64,000 nucleotides of DNA from Malacoraja senta (Eukaryota): contig CM075989.1 of NCBI GenBank assembly GCA_038087875.1, positions 9,178,001 to 9,242,000 on the forward strand, given 5' to 3'. The position numbers were made by a program, and so were the translations under genes. The notes beneath the pieces are model-generated. The model worked only from the letters and a program-made list of their open reading frames with translations, made no database searches and was not told the origin of the DNA. Shown here in pieces: positions 40,661 through 53,690 of this stretch; the stretch's first letter is position 1; each line of letters begins with the position of its first letter.

Positions 40661-41659
40661 CCTGCATTATACGGCTTATTTCACACTGTGCCAAAGTGAG
40701 GTCCTTTTCCAGTTTACTGATTGCTTAATATAGAAAAAGCAACATCCACTTCAGATAGTTTAGAAAAGGCTTACCAAAATGCCGCTTGAATTAGAGGGTA
40801 TTCGCTAAAACGAGAGCTTGGACAGACTTGGATTGTTTTCTATGGAGCGCCAGAGGTTGAGGGGAGACCTGATAGAGATATGAAGGAGATGTGTGGGGCA
40901 GGTGTTTTACACAGAGGTTGGTGGGTGCCTGGAACGTGCTGCCAGTGGGTGGCGGTGGAGGCAGATATGATGGTGGCCTTTAAGAGGGTTTTAGATAGGC
41001 ACATGGACATGCAGGAAATGGATGGATATGGATCATGTACAGGCAGGTGAGACTAGTTTATCTTGGCATCATGTTTGGCAGAGCCATTGTGGGTCAAAAA
41101 ACCTATACCTGTGCTTTACCTTTCTATGTGTAGGAAAGAACTGTAGATGCTGGTTTAAATCAAAGGTAGACACAAAATGCTGGAGTAACTCAGCGAGACA
41201 GGCAGCATCTCTGGAGAGAAGGAATGGGTGACGAAGGTGGCTGAAGAAGGGTCTCAACCTGAAACGTCACCCATTCCTTCTCTCCAGGGATGCTGCCTGT
41301 CCCGCTGAGTTACTCCAGCATTTTGTGTATACTTGTACTTTTTTTATGTCCTGTTTTCTTTAATGTTCTGTTTTCTATGTTTTTTGTCTATGATCTCTTT
41401 TATAATAATCCCAGAAGCTGTTTTACATTCACCAGAGAGTGCAGACAGGGTCAATTTGGCATTAGACACCAAAAGCTTGAGTAACTCAGCGGGACAGGCA
41501 GCATCTCTGGAGAGAAGGAATGGGTGACGTTTCGGGTCGAGAAGGTCTGATGAAGGGTCTCGACCCGAAACATCACCCATTCCTTCTCTCTGGAGATGCT
41601 GCCTGTCCCGCTGAGTTGCTCCAGCTTTTTGTGTCTCCTTCCTACTCAATTCGGCATCC

Positions 41660-41810
41660 CTATCTAAAAGATAGCATGCCTGATAGTGGAGCTGTCCCTC
41701 AGTACTGCCTCTACAATGTTCAGCTACACTTAAGCCATTGGTGTGGGTTGTGAACCCAGAATTGTTTGATTCGGTGACATGACAGCAGCCAACTGAACTG
41801 TGGCTGGCAC
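41660..41810 (-). mobile_element. Degraded Deu-domain SINE (SacSINE1/AmnSINE-like)
   Basis: Reverse complement gcagtactgagggacagctccactatcagg resembles the Deu core CAGTACTGAGGGAGTGCTGCACTGTCGG. Confidence 0.45.
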
Positions 41811-41985
41811 ATCCGACACAATTGCCACCTGTGGCCACCAACTTCTCACCTCTGAGCCAGAAGGTTGCGCTGTATGTTTCCCACAGTTACTCTCGAATGC
41901 AGTATCACAGGAGCAAGGTGCTCTCTTTGGGATGGAGTTGTGAATTGAGGCACAATAGGTGTCCTGGCCAATGTTTGCTGACTAA

Positions 41986-42329
41986 AGGGCCCGTCCCACG
42001 ATGCGAATTCACCCAAGAGCTCTCCCGAGTTTAAAAACAAATCATACTTGTGGTAAGTACATAGGACCTCGTGGATGTCCCGTAGCGGCTCGTAATTCGA
42101 ACGGCAGGTACTCGGGAAACGCGGTGACTCTCGGGAAACTCTTGGACATTTTTCACAGTGTTGAAAAAACACGAGTTACCGCGTTTCCCCGAGTACCTGC
42201 CGTTAGCATTACGAGCCACTACGGGACATCCACAAGGTCCTATGTACCCGCTATGTACATACCACGAGTTTGATTTTTTTTCAAACTCGGGAGAGCTCTT
42301 GGGTGAACTCGCATCGTGGGACAGGGGCT
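41986..42329. mobile_element. Palindromic MITE of the same family as 11814-12098; a right-end fragment also lies at ~43415-43509
   Basis: AGGGCCCGTCCCACGATGCGA... / ...TCGCATCGTGGGACAGGGGCT with nearly whole-length inverted symmetry. Confidence 0.88.
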
Positions 42330-44419
42330 TTACCCTGCAAAACACAATACATTTTGGAATAGCTGAGAGTGTTGGAAAGCCTAAAAGCAAGTGAGAGTCA
42401 GGTACACACCAACCAGCAAGGTGCAGGTCTAAGTACTAGACTCTGTTAAATTCATTGATTAATAACAAAAGCTCTCTACAGTTGGACTAGGATTAACCAT
42501 CAGAGCTCAGATGTACACATGGCGCTTTACTGCAGAATATCTGTGGTCGGGTATCAGGGTGTATTTATACTAATTTCTATGTTAATTAGTGCATGCTAAA
42601 ATACTTTACACTACAGTAAGCAGCTTTCGTGTGGAATAAAGTTCCTAGTGTAATTGGTACTAAAATGAAGTGGTGCAAATCGAGATAGAGGGGAATATCT
42701 ATGTGGAGAGCAGAATTCATATTTCGTTGACCTTTTATCAGAAGTAGGAGAATTAGAAACCAAGCATGTGTTATGTTGTAGAGAACAGGAGGGGTGGCGA
42801 GAACAAAGGGAATGTTTGCGATAGGGTGGAGATCAAGAGAAACCGGCTGGTTTGATGAGATATTGGAGAAGGCTTGCTAATCTCGTGGATGAAGATGAGC
42901 GAGAATGACGGAGGAGAGCAAAAGAAAATATAACAATGATGGAATTGCGAGTTACTAGAATACTGCAGATGCTGAAAATATGAAGTAAAAATAGAGAAGT
43001 GGTTAAACAGTGGCACACGGTGGCCTAATGGTGAAAGTGGTTGCCCTGTGGAACGGCAGGTAGAGTTGCTGCCTCATAGCTCCAGTGATCCGGATTCGAT
43101 TCTGACCTCTGGCGCTGTCTATGTGGAGGTTGCACGTTCTCCCTGTGTGGGTGCCCTTCAGATGCTACTGTTTACTGGCCTCTGTAAAATGCTTCTCGAG
43201 TAGATGAGAAAGTGTGATCACATAGAACTAGTGTGAATGGGTAAGTGTTTAAGAAGGAACTGCAGATGCGGGAAAATTGAAGGTAGACAAAAATGCTGGA
43301 GAAACTCAGTGGGTGAGGCAGCATCTATGGAGCGAAGGAAATAGGCAACGTTTCAGGCCAAAACCCTTCTTCAGACTGAAGAAGGGTTTCGGCCCAAAAT
43401 GTTGCCTATTCCCAATCTCCGAGTTCTAGTCCTAGTACCAATCTCCGTATTCGAATCAGGGCAAACTTGGGAGAACTCTTGGAATGAACTCGTACCGTGG
43501 GACAGGGCTTTAATGCTGTATTTTCAGTGCTTGCTGCGTTTTTCATTCAATTCAATTCAATCAATCAGAATGTTAATCACAGACACTCCTCTCTTCTCAG
43601 CCCATTCCCCACAACTTAAAACATGTTTGATTTCTAACTTTTCTCAGGTTTGAAAAATTACCTCTGATTCTGACTGCACCGATGCTACTGTTCTTGCTGA
43701 GTATTTCTGACATTTCCCAATTTTATTGCAGATTTACGCCATATGCAGATATCTATTTAAAAGTTTAGCTGCTGCGAACATGTACGATAAAGAGTGGTAC
43801 TAGAGGATAAAGAACTAGTGTGAGTAATTAAAGGAACACACCACTGGTTTGGGTGGGTTCCTTGCAGTTCAATGAATCACAGAATAGTTGCAGAACAGGA
43901 GAAGGACATTCAGCCCGTCAAGTCCACACTCGTCTAACTAATCGCACTTCCCATCTCCTCTCTCCATATTTCTAGAACGGGGGCTCCCAATCTTTTTCGT
44001 CCCGTTTACCCCTGTCAACTTTAATAGCACATAACAATGTTATTTCACTTATTTATGAACAACTAATGATGAACAGATACCGCTATACCAGAACCAAACA
44101 CAGTCAGTCAATTACTTATTCATTCAACCCATCAATATCTCTCTGTAACCTCCTTGCAACTCACCTTTCCAACTATGTTGCTCCCTCTGTCTCCTTGTCC
44201 ACTGTACATTTGTTTCCTTCCTCCAATTCATCAATAGATATTGAAAACTGCTATGGTCCCAGATTGTAGAAACAAGGAACTGCAGATGCTGATTCACACA
44301 AAATGACACAAAGTGCTGGAGTAACTCAGTGGATCAGGCAGCATCTCTGGTGAACATGGATATGTGAAGTTTTGGGCTCTGACCTTTTGAGCAGCAGTGA
44401 AAGGTGGCCCCAGATGCCA

Positions 44420-45990
44420 ACCTAAAATGACTACCCTATCTCTACTTGCTACTTCCTGACTGCTACCCAATCCTCTCTCGGTGCCAATGTGTTATCTCCA
44501 AGACAGAGGTACTTAACTTGTGACTTAATCTTTTGTGAGACCACTTTCCGAATGCCTTCTAGAAGTCCAAACACAATATATCTTTTGGTTCCCCTCTCTG
44601 TCTGGTTGAAACTTCCATAAAAACCTCTAATAAATTTGTCAGACACAACTTTCCATTCATGGTGCCATGCTGACTTTCCTTGATTAGATTATGGTTTTCT
44701 AAATGTGATATTACTCCCTTGTTTATTGATTCCAACATTCTTTCAATTTGAGACCCATTAGCCTGTAGTGACCTACTTTTCCTCCCTCCCTTTTTGACAG
44801 AGTGACCTATGGGCATTTTTCCGATCCTCTGGCACTTCGCCAGAATTTAAGGAATTTTGGAAGATGATAACTAATGCACTCACTATCTTGGTGGTGACTC
44901 CTTTTTGGATCCTATGATGCAAGCCATCCAGGCCAGGGTCTTTATCAATCTTTAGCACCACTAGTTTGTCTTTAATACTGTCTCTCTAGTAATGATGGCA
45001 GCATTTATTGTTGTTGCAGCATTATTCAGTATTGATGGGATGTTTGTGATTCTCCAGTGATAAAGACAGATGCTAAATATCTGTTTACCTCTTTTGATGC
45101 TCCTCACAATTCCTCCTCCAGTCTCATTCTCTGCGAGCCATTATCCTTGGATTTCTTTCTTCCTTTTCGAATTCTTATAGAAACTTATTGTCTGTTTTTA
45201 TATCCTCATATGTTTCCTTTCGCAGTTTTTTCTTCTCTCTTAGCTTTTGTGTCCATCTTGGTGGAGTCTGAATTCATTACTGCCTTTACCTTGTGTCTCG
45301 ATATTTTTCTTTCAACTAAATACCTCCTTAACTTCCTAGTTTAGTCATGGTTGCTTTATCCCTCCCTTACAATCCTTCCTCCTCACTGTGATATGTTCTG
45401 CTGACTGTTATGGATTTGTTCCTTAAATTCTGTCTCTGTTTGCAGACAACTCCCTCCTCTTTCCATTTTAATTCTCTTTATTAAATCAAACAAAATTGTT
45501 TCCCACCCAAGTTGCATGCTCTCAAACTGAATACCAAATTCCACTGTGCTATGATCACTACTTTTTAGTCTATGTTTTTCCTCTAAGATCATTTGTTGAA
45601 CCTGCGTCATTACTCATGACCAGATCCTAGAAAGGCTGTAGCCTGATAAGTCTCAGAATGCACTGCTCAATGAAACTCCTGAAAACATGCTGTAAATTAG
45701 AATCTTGCAGTTCTTTCTTACACTGCCCAACCTTCTTGAAGATTAAAATCCCCACAATTGCTGCAGTGCTCTTTTTACACCTCCCCCTTCTCCTTCCATT
45801 TTTTCTTCATTATACCCATACTTACATTGTGGCCACTGTTTAAGTCTACTCCCACCAGTGCCTTCTTCCCCTTGCCTTATTTTAACCTCCATCCATATGA
45901 ACTCGTCATTTTCACAGCCCAGATCATCTTCCACAGTTGTAATTATTTTATCTCTTATTAACATTATTACCTATTAACCTTTCTCCTTAG
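44420..45990 (-). mobile_element. Old, degraded CR1 LINE ORF2 (endonuclease to RT)
   Basis: DPGLDGLH..IVSALVIIFQNSL, ESQHG..GKLCLTNLLE and SSDH remnants in minus-strand ORFs. Confidence 0.8.
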
Positions 45991-46992
45991 AAATAAGATG
46001 ATCAGCCATGATCACATTGAATGGCGGTGCTGGCTCGAAGGGCCGAATGGCCTACTCCTGCACCTATTGTCTAAGATATAAAGTGCTGGAGTAACTCAGC
46101 GGGTCAGGCAGCATCTCCGGAGAACATGGATAGGTGACGGTTTGGTTAGGGGCCCTTTTTAGTCTGAAGAAGGTACCGGTCCCAAAGCGCCACCTATCAT
46201 GTTTTCCAGAGATGCTGCCTGACCTGCTGAGTTACTCCAGCACTTTGTGTCTTTTTTTGTAAAGTTGCTTGTGTCTCAACCTTTTTCCTTGGCTCCTGTC
46301 CTTCCTAAAGTTAAATATCCCTGTACATTAAATTCCCAACTTTGTTCCCCTTGCACCAGTGCCTATATAATGCTTATCACATCATTCCCATGCACTTCTA
46401 TTTTTGCTTTCAGTTCATCTACTTTATTATAAGTGCTTTGCGCATTAAAATACAAATCTTCAGGCTCGCTTTGCCATTTTTAATCATGTTACCTTTCTCT
46501 TTTCTATCTCGCCATTGATTTCCCTGCCTATTGATTTGCAATCTACTATCTTTCTATTATTGCTATCCATGTTTCTCTCACCCTCGTCACCCTTCTTAGG
46601 TTTCCATCTCCATGCCATTCTGCTTAGAGTCCTCTTCAACCGCTCAAGCAAACATCTCCGCCAGGATGTTGGTCTCAGTTGTGCCTGGGTTAAAGCTGTC
46701 CCTCTTTTCCAGGTGATATCTACCACAGAACCGATTCTAGTGCTCAAGGCATCCAAATCCCTTCCTCTTGGAGGTGATAGGAATATTGGGAGAATAAATT
46801 GGAATTAGTGCTGGATTAGTACAAATGGGTGTTTGGTGGTCAATGAGGTCTCTGTGAAGGGAAGGACCTGTTTCCATGCTATATGACTCCATGGCTAGCA
46901 AGTATACTTAGAGCAAGGAAACTGCATCTTCGGTTTGTGAAAAGCACCATGGAAATGTAATAAGGGGGTGCGGCTGTCAAACAACCCTTGAA

Positions 46993-47477
46993 GACTGATT
47001 CCTGGGATGTCAGGACTTTCATATGAAGAAAGACTGGATAGACTTGGCTTATACTCGCTAGAATTTAGGAGATTGAGAGGGGATCTTATAGAAACGTACA
47101 AAATTCTTATGGGGTTGGACAGGCTAGATGCAGGAAGATTGTTCCCGATGTTGGGGAAGTCCAGGACAAGGGGTCACAGCTTAAGGATAAGGGGGAAATC
47201 CTTTAAGACCGAGATGAGGAAAAACTTTTTCACACAGAGAGTGGTGAATCTCTGGAACTCTCTGCCACAGAGGGTAGTTGAGGCCAGTTCATTGGCTATA
47301 TTTAAGAGGGAGTTAGATGTGGCCCTTGTGGCTAAAGGGATCAGGGGGTATGGAGAGAAGGCAGGTACGGGATACTGAGTTGGATGATCAGCCATGATCA
47401 TATTGAATGGCAGTGCAGGCTCGAAGGGCCGAATGGCCTACTCCTGCACCTATTTTCTATGTATCTATGTATCTATG
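46993..47477 (+). mobile_element. CR1/HER1 LINE 3' end, relatively young
   Basis: ORF 47007-47378 LSYEERLDRLGLYSLEFRRLRGDLIE..WNSLP; tail ctatgtatctatgtatctatg. Confidence 0.92.
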
Positions 47478-48061
47478 AAGACAGAAGTAAAGAATAAAGA
47501 AGATGCTGAAAAGTAAAGGGAAAATAATTAAGCAGGAGAATGGGGTTGAGAGGGAAAGATAGATCAGCCATGATTGAATGGTGGAGTAGACTTTATGGGC
47601 CAAATGGCCTAATTCTGCTCCTATCACATGAACTTTGAGTGTGCTAATCAGTGACAATTCTCCACAGAGCTGTAGCAGTGGCTGCACGAGCTTCAGTGTA
47701 TCCCACCTCCCCACCCCTCCATGTGATCCTACCAGCAAACAACATTCAGTCATTCGGTTCTGGATATCTCCTTACCATGGAAGCTCAGAAGGTTTCAGGC
47801 AGACCGAGATGCACCTTTCCCCAGGTTGATGATCTTACAGCAGTCGTGATCTTTGCCGGGGTGTGCTACAACTCGGTGAGCAAAGCCCCAATGACTCAAC
47901 GGTATGAGGGGAACCGTGACCAAAGCCCACCATATCTCTTTCCAGCAATCAAAACACCCAAAATGCAGCTGATTTAAATCTGAGATAAAAACAGGAAATG
48001 CTGGAGAAATGCAGCATGTCGGGCAGCATCTGTGGAGAGAGAAACAAAGTTCTGATGAAGA

Positions 48062-48908
48062 ATCCGGAAGTGGCGGCGCTGTTGCTCAGCTGCGGCTCGC
48101 CTGCAGTCCGTCTGTTTTTACTTTTGTTGTTGTTTTCTTTTGTCCTGTTTTAGTTAAATTTTAGTTATTGGGTTGTGTACGTGTGGGGTGGGGGGGGGGT
48201 GAAACATGATTTTTGTCTCTTCCTTCGGGGGAATGCGACTTTTTCTTGTCGTATCCCCCTTCTCTGCCTCCATCTGCGCTGAGGCCTAATGGCGGAGCTG
48301 CCGGCCTCCAACTCCAACTGCGACCAACCGACCGACCTCGAGGCTCCAGAGGCAGAGCCAGGACTTACCAGCGCGGGGCTGGCCGGCTTCGGGGCTGCGG
48401 TGGCGTTCCGGCGGTGGCGACCGAGGACACTGGTGGCGACCTGAGTCCGGAGGCTCGGCCGCGGGCTCGGAGGACGACATCGTCGGGAGCTCGCAGGTCA
48501 CAGGTGGGTGACCTGTTTTTCTGGGGCTCCCGCAACTACAGCTGCGTCCGCTGGACTGGAGGGCGGCAGCTTCGGACACCCCGGGCCGCGGAGTTTGAAC
48601 CGGCCCGTCGCGGACGGAGCACGGATTCAGCCGCGGGACTGACTTACCATCACCCGGCGGGGTCACAACGTCAGAAGCTTGGATCGCCTCAGCGCAGAGG
48701 AAGAACAAAGAGGGAAGAGACAGAGACTTTAAGACTTTTGCCTCCATCACAGTGAGGAGGTGCCTGGTGAACTCACTGTGGTGGATGTTAATTTGTGTTT
48801 ATTGTGTGTTTTGTTATTTATTATATGTATGACTGCAGGCAACGAAATTTCGTTCAGACCAAAAGGTCTGAATGACAATAAAGGAATCTAAGTCTAAGTC
48901 TAAGTCAT
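48062..48908 (+). mobile_element. GC-rich non-autonomous retroposon with Rex1/Babar-type tail
   Basis: Ends aaatttcgttcagacc-aaaa-ggtctgaa tgacaataaag + (TCTAAG)n; no RT-coding sequence. Confidence 0.65.
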
Positions 48909-48959
48909 TGACCTGAAGCATTAACTCTCTCTCTTTCATGGCTGAGCTTCGCCACCGTT

Positions 48960-49500
48960 TGATGCTTTTAATTCCGTCCCTTTTCAAGGCCTTCTCTGCA
49001 AATGCAGTCTTGGATGAGATGGATGTGCAGCTCATTCCCATCCTGGCTGTTCCATGTGTGTCCCTCAACATGTGGTCTTGCACTTTGGAATCTGCTCATC
49101 TGCAGGAAATGGATATGGACAGATCCTTGGTCTTCCAGACCAACAGGATCTGGGCAAACCAGAGGTTTGATGGTATTCCAGCTGCAATTGCTGCATCAAT
49201 ATGCATCCCTGGGATCAAGACCACATGTCACCGAGTTTGACAGCTGTTTTGGGTGAAGCTCGACAAAGATCTCTGCATCCCTTTCCAGAATGTCTTTGCA
49301 AATGTACATACCAGCAGGAGATGGGAAGATGATCTCATTCTCGCTGCAGCTGCACGCTTGTTTGAAAGTTCTGCTTAGAAGGCATTCTGCCAAATGACTT
49401 TGACCATTTTTCCAGGGAACCACTGACTGAAACTACTGTTGCCTTTTCCTGCAGGGCTTCGAGGATTCTAAGGGTTAAGATATTTGAAAGACAGGGGGTG
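48960..49500 (-). mobile_element. Degraded Tx1/L1-like LINE 3' fragment
   Basis: Minus strand reads ..FPGKMVKVIWQNA..ELSNK..HLLLVCTFAK..WKGMQR.LS, zf-RVT region remnants. Confidence 0.65.
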
Positions 49501-49544
49501 ATTAGAACCATGAACAGCATTGTTCTGTATGTGGGAGTTTGTGT

Positions 49545-50430
49545 CTCGTAAATTTAAGTTTTTTGAAGAAGTAACCAAGGCCGTTATACACATAGTTAGA
49601 CAGTGAGGAAGGTTATCAAAAATTATAGCAGGATCGTGATCAGCTGGGCAAGTGGGCCAAGGAACGGCAAATTGAGTTTAATTTAGATAAGTGTGAGGTG
49701 TGGCATTTTGGGAAGTCAAACCAGAGCAGGACCTTCACAGTGAACAGTAGAGTCCTGGGGAGAGGGGTCTAAAAGTACAAGTACATAGTTACCTAAAAAT
49801 GTTGTCACATGTAGATAGGGTGGTGAAGAAGTCTTTTTGCACGCTGGCCTTCATAAGGCAGGGAATTGAATGTCGAAGTTGGGATGCTATGTTAAAGTTG
49901 TAAGAAACATTGGTGAAGCTGCAGTTAGAGAATTGTGTTCAGCTGTAGTCACCCTGGAAAGATGCCATTAAGCTGGAAAGAGTACAGTGAACATTTATGA
50001 AGATGCTGGCAGAACTCAAGGGCCGGAGCGATAGGAAGAGGCTGGGACTTTATTCTTTGGAATGCAGGAGACTGAGGGGTGATCTTATAAAAAATGTATA
50101 GGATGGTAAGGAGAGTAGATAGGTGAATGCACACAACCTTTTCCCCCAGAGTAGGGGAATCACAAACCAGAGGGCAGAGGTTTGAGGTGAGAGTGGAAAG
50201 ATTAAATAAGAACCTGAGGGGGCAACTTTTTCCACACAGATCGTGATGACGAGTACCCGGAATATGAGAAGAGCTGCCACATGAAGTAGTTGAAGCGGGT
50301 GCAATGACAACATTTAAAGGGCATTTGGATCTCATTTTGGATGTCCTGGAAAGGCCCGGTGAGGACAAATGGGACTAACATCTTGGTCAGCATGAACGAG
50401 TTGGCCTCAGGGTCTGTTTCCATGCGGTAT
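49545..50430 (+). mobile_element. Degraded CR1 LINE 3' half
   Basis: QQDRDQLGKWA..DKCEVWHFG and RRLRGDL remnants. Confidence 0.8.
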
Positions 50431-50531
50431 GACACTCTGACATTCTGTGCAGAGGAAGCTTGATTAACTTGTGGTCCAAGGTGTTCAGCATAAACATTCA
50501 TTTATGCCTCTGCTTTTGTCTCACGTCATCG

Positions 50532-51368
50532 GGTGGCACCGCGCGTGGCAGCCTCGCCAGCAGTTGGTCTGTCATTTCACCCTTTTTTGCTATATTTAGT
50601 GTAAAAGTATGGTTTTGGAGGTTTCTTAGTCTTTTTTATGTGGGGGTGGGATGGGGGAAGAGGGGAAACCGTTTCCCAGTCATTACCTGGTCGAGGATGC
50701 GTCTTTTCTCCCAGTCACATCTTCGTCCCCCCCCCCCCCCCCCGCGGGCTACCATCTGGATTGGCACGGCCTTTCCTGCCGGAAACCGGCCAGAGCTTCA
50801 GCAGCGGCGCAGCACTGAATTCCATCACAGAGCGGGCGATGCCTTACCGGGGATCGCCGTGTTGGAGCTCCGGAGTGTTGGACCTGCTGATTAACACCGT
50901 GGAGCTGTGGTGGCGGAGCCTCTAGCCACGGGCGGCGCTGACTTTAACATCGCGGAGTCCTTGGACCTCTCGCCGGGGTCGCCAGTGTTTAATCTCCACC
51001 CAGTGGACTTCGGGAGCCGCGGTCTCCGGTGGGAAGCGGCCGATTCGGAAACTCCAAGCAGCTGAGAGTGTTCTCCGTTCCGACGTTGGCGTTCTGATCA
51101 TCCCGGCGAGAGGGCCTGAACATCTGGCAGCTTTAGCGGCGACTGCGGAGGGCTCAAAGGCCCCGACCACGGGTGAACAAAGAGGAAGTTGACTAAACTT
51201 TATTGCCTTCCCTCACAGTGTGGAAACGTTGATTCTGCTGTGTGGGGATTTTCATGTTAAATTCTATTGTGTATTGTGTTCTTTTTATTCGTATGGCTGT
51301 ATGGTGACTCAAATCTCACTGTATTGGTGCATATGACAATAAATGTAACTTGACTTGAACTTGAACTT
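50532..51368 (+). mobile_element. Second GC-rich non-autonomous retroposon with Rex1/Babar-type tail
   Basis: Same layout as 48062-48908; ends atgacaataaatgtaa + (CTTGAA)n. Confidence 0.65.
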
Positions 51369-53471
51369 TCCCTTCCCAGCAAATCTTGGTTTTAGGAAAA
51401 TGTCTCCTTAAAATGCTTCACCTGACCTTTCCATTCTGTTGGCAGCCTAGTAACTGAGGTTTAGTTGAGTTGCTACTTATATACCACACTTTAATAACAC
51501 ATTAACTGTCGAGCAGATCCTGAATAACCTCTGGAGCCACTCGGTGCTGGCTGGCTGCACTCTCTGTTTTATAGTAAGATAAGTAGGAGTTACCTATTTA
51601 TTTTGCCAAGGGAGGCCATTCAACCCATTGGGTTCATGCCAGCAGAATGATCACATCAATTTTCTATGTATCTATGTATCTATGTATCTATGTATCCCCC
51701 CTCTCCTTTCTTCCCAATAGCCCTACAACCTATTCTGTCTCTCTCATTTGATTATTTTACCGATTATTTACATTGTGTAATTTGCAGCAGGCATATAACT
51801 CAGCAGTGCCTCTTTCAGAAATGAGAGGGGAAACAGGAGCATTTGGGGGAAATCCATATAGTCACGGGAAGAATGTGCCAACCACACACAGACATCACCC
51901 AAGGTCAGAATCAAACTCAGATTGCAGGAACCTTGTGGCAGCAGCATTAACTGTTTCAACGCTGTATCATTCAAACCGCAGATCTTCCTGATGTATTATT
52001 TCTTCCTTGTTTAGAAAATTTACTTTGCCATGCTAATTGATAATATTACATCAACTTTTGTTGGATGATTCCCGTCCAAAATTGGTGAAGGATTCCATAT
52101 TGCAATATCCCTTATTGTTCCTTATTTGATAACATCCTTCACCTTGGAAATCCTGAGCTCACATTATTAAAGATATTCCTTTGTCCTCATCATCCCTCTC
52201 CCACCCTTTCTCTGTTAATGCACTTCTTTTCTATACTGATGAAGGGTCTTAGACCAGAAATTAGCTCTTTCCATACTCGCTGACACAAGAGACTGCAGAT
52301 GTTGGAATCTTGAGCAAAAAACTGGAGGAACTGAGCAGGCCAGCTGGCATCTGTGGAGGTAAAAGGACAGGTGACATCTCAGACCGGGACCGTTATTCAG
52401 GCTCATACTTGCTGATTGGTCTGCTGGGTGTTTTCAGCATTTTCTGATTTTATTTTGAATTTCCACCATTTGCAGTTCATTGATCTTCAAAACGAAGTAA
52501 CGTTGCAAAATTAGAGCATTTACGTCAGTATTTCGAAGTAGAGTCAGAGCTCCTCCATAGTTCCTCCATTTATCGCAGCTCTGCTGTAGGTTTTCAGAGG
52601 AGCTCTCAGTTCCCAGTAAATTCCACTTACACAATGACCAGCCTCAGAAGACTAAGGAAATCTGCACGTCTCCAATGTCCCTTACAGGTACACCGTAGAT
52701 AGATCGCATCCTATCAGGATGCATCACACCTTCATGTGTAACTGCTCTGCCCAAGACAATAAGAAGTTGCAGAGAGTTGTGAATGCAGCCCAGTCCATCA
52801 TACAGGTCAGCCTCCCCCCATGTGGTCACAGGGAGAAGGTACAAACTCTATACAGACAGCATCCATAGTCAGTATCGAACCTGGTGCTGTAAGGCAGCAA
52901 CTCTACCGCTGCACCACTGTGCTGCCCCATTGTACTCATGTGTGGTATGAATTAACTGGATAACATGCAAAACAAAGCTTTTCACTATATTTAGGTACAG
53001 GAGACAATAGTAAACCAGTGCCAATACAGCAATCTGTCCAAATTGTTGCACCTTTTCTCTGCAATCCCCCTTCCCACCATAACAGTCAACATTGTGGCAT
53101 TTAAGAAGAGACAGGTGAACAGAGACTGGAAACTGATCCTGAAACAATCTCTTTACGGCAATGACATTTATATTATAGACTGTGAAATCGTCTCTAAGAT
53201 TGAGTGGGACATAATTAAATCCAAATGACAGTCAATAACAATAAGAATGGAAAATATTTATCTCCAAACTTCTAACCACGCAGTGTTTACACCAAAATGC
53301 AAATTGAGATGTTTTGTTGGAAATGAAAGAATGAAATTCAGAATGAATATCAACAAAAGTTTGGCCCACTCTCTTTTGTCAACTTTCTAGTTTTGTTTAG
53401 CAGACTGGTCTTTGTAAATAAATGGAGCAGCATTACCCAGTTATCAGTGAGGAAACTCAGGTCTTGCACTG

Positions 53472-53690
53472 TGTAGATGGTTTATGCATGCAACCAATCA
53501 CATAGCTACCTCCCCACTACTAATCCCGCCTTAAGTATCATTTATAATAACGCCTGCTTCTCCTTCTGCGCAGTACAGTAGCAGACTGGAGTCCGTGACT
53601 ACTCATGTGATGTTTAACTCTGTATACTTATTAAAGACTATTATAATGCTACACGTGTGTAATGACTATTTACATGGTGTCAGAAGTGGG
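53472..53690 (+). mobile_element. Ty3/Gypsy LTR (53472-53674) with tRNA-Leu PBS (53675-53690) and no internal region
   Basis: TGTAGATG...ATTAAA...TATTTACA followed by TGGTGTCAGAAGTGGG; ACTG direct repeat at 53468-53471 / 53691-53694. Confidence 0.85.

Noticed and set aside
48213..48755. 180-aa and 154-aa GC-rich ORFs, or a CpG-island promoter for FEM1B
   Set aside because: Inside a retroposon-like unit with a LINE-type tail; the ORFs are low-complexity by-products of GC content.
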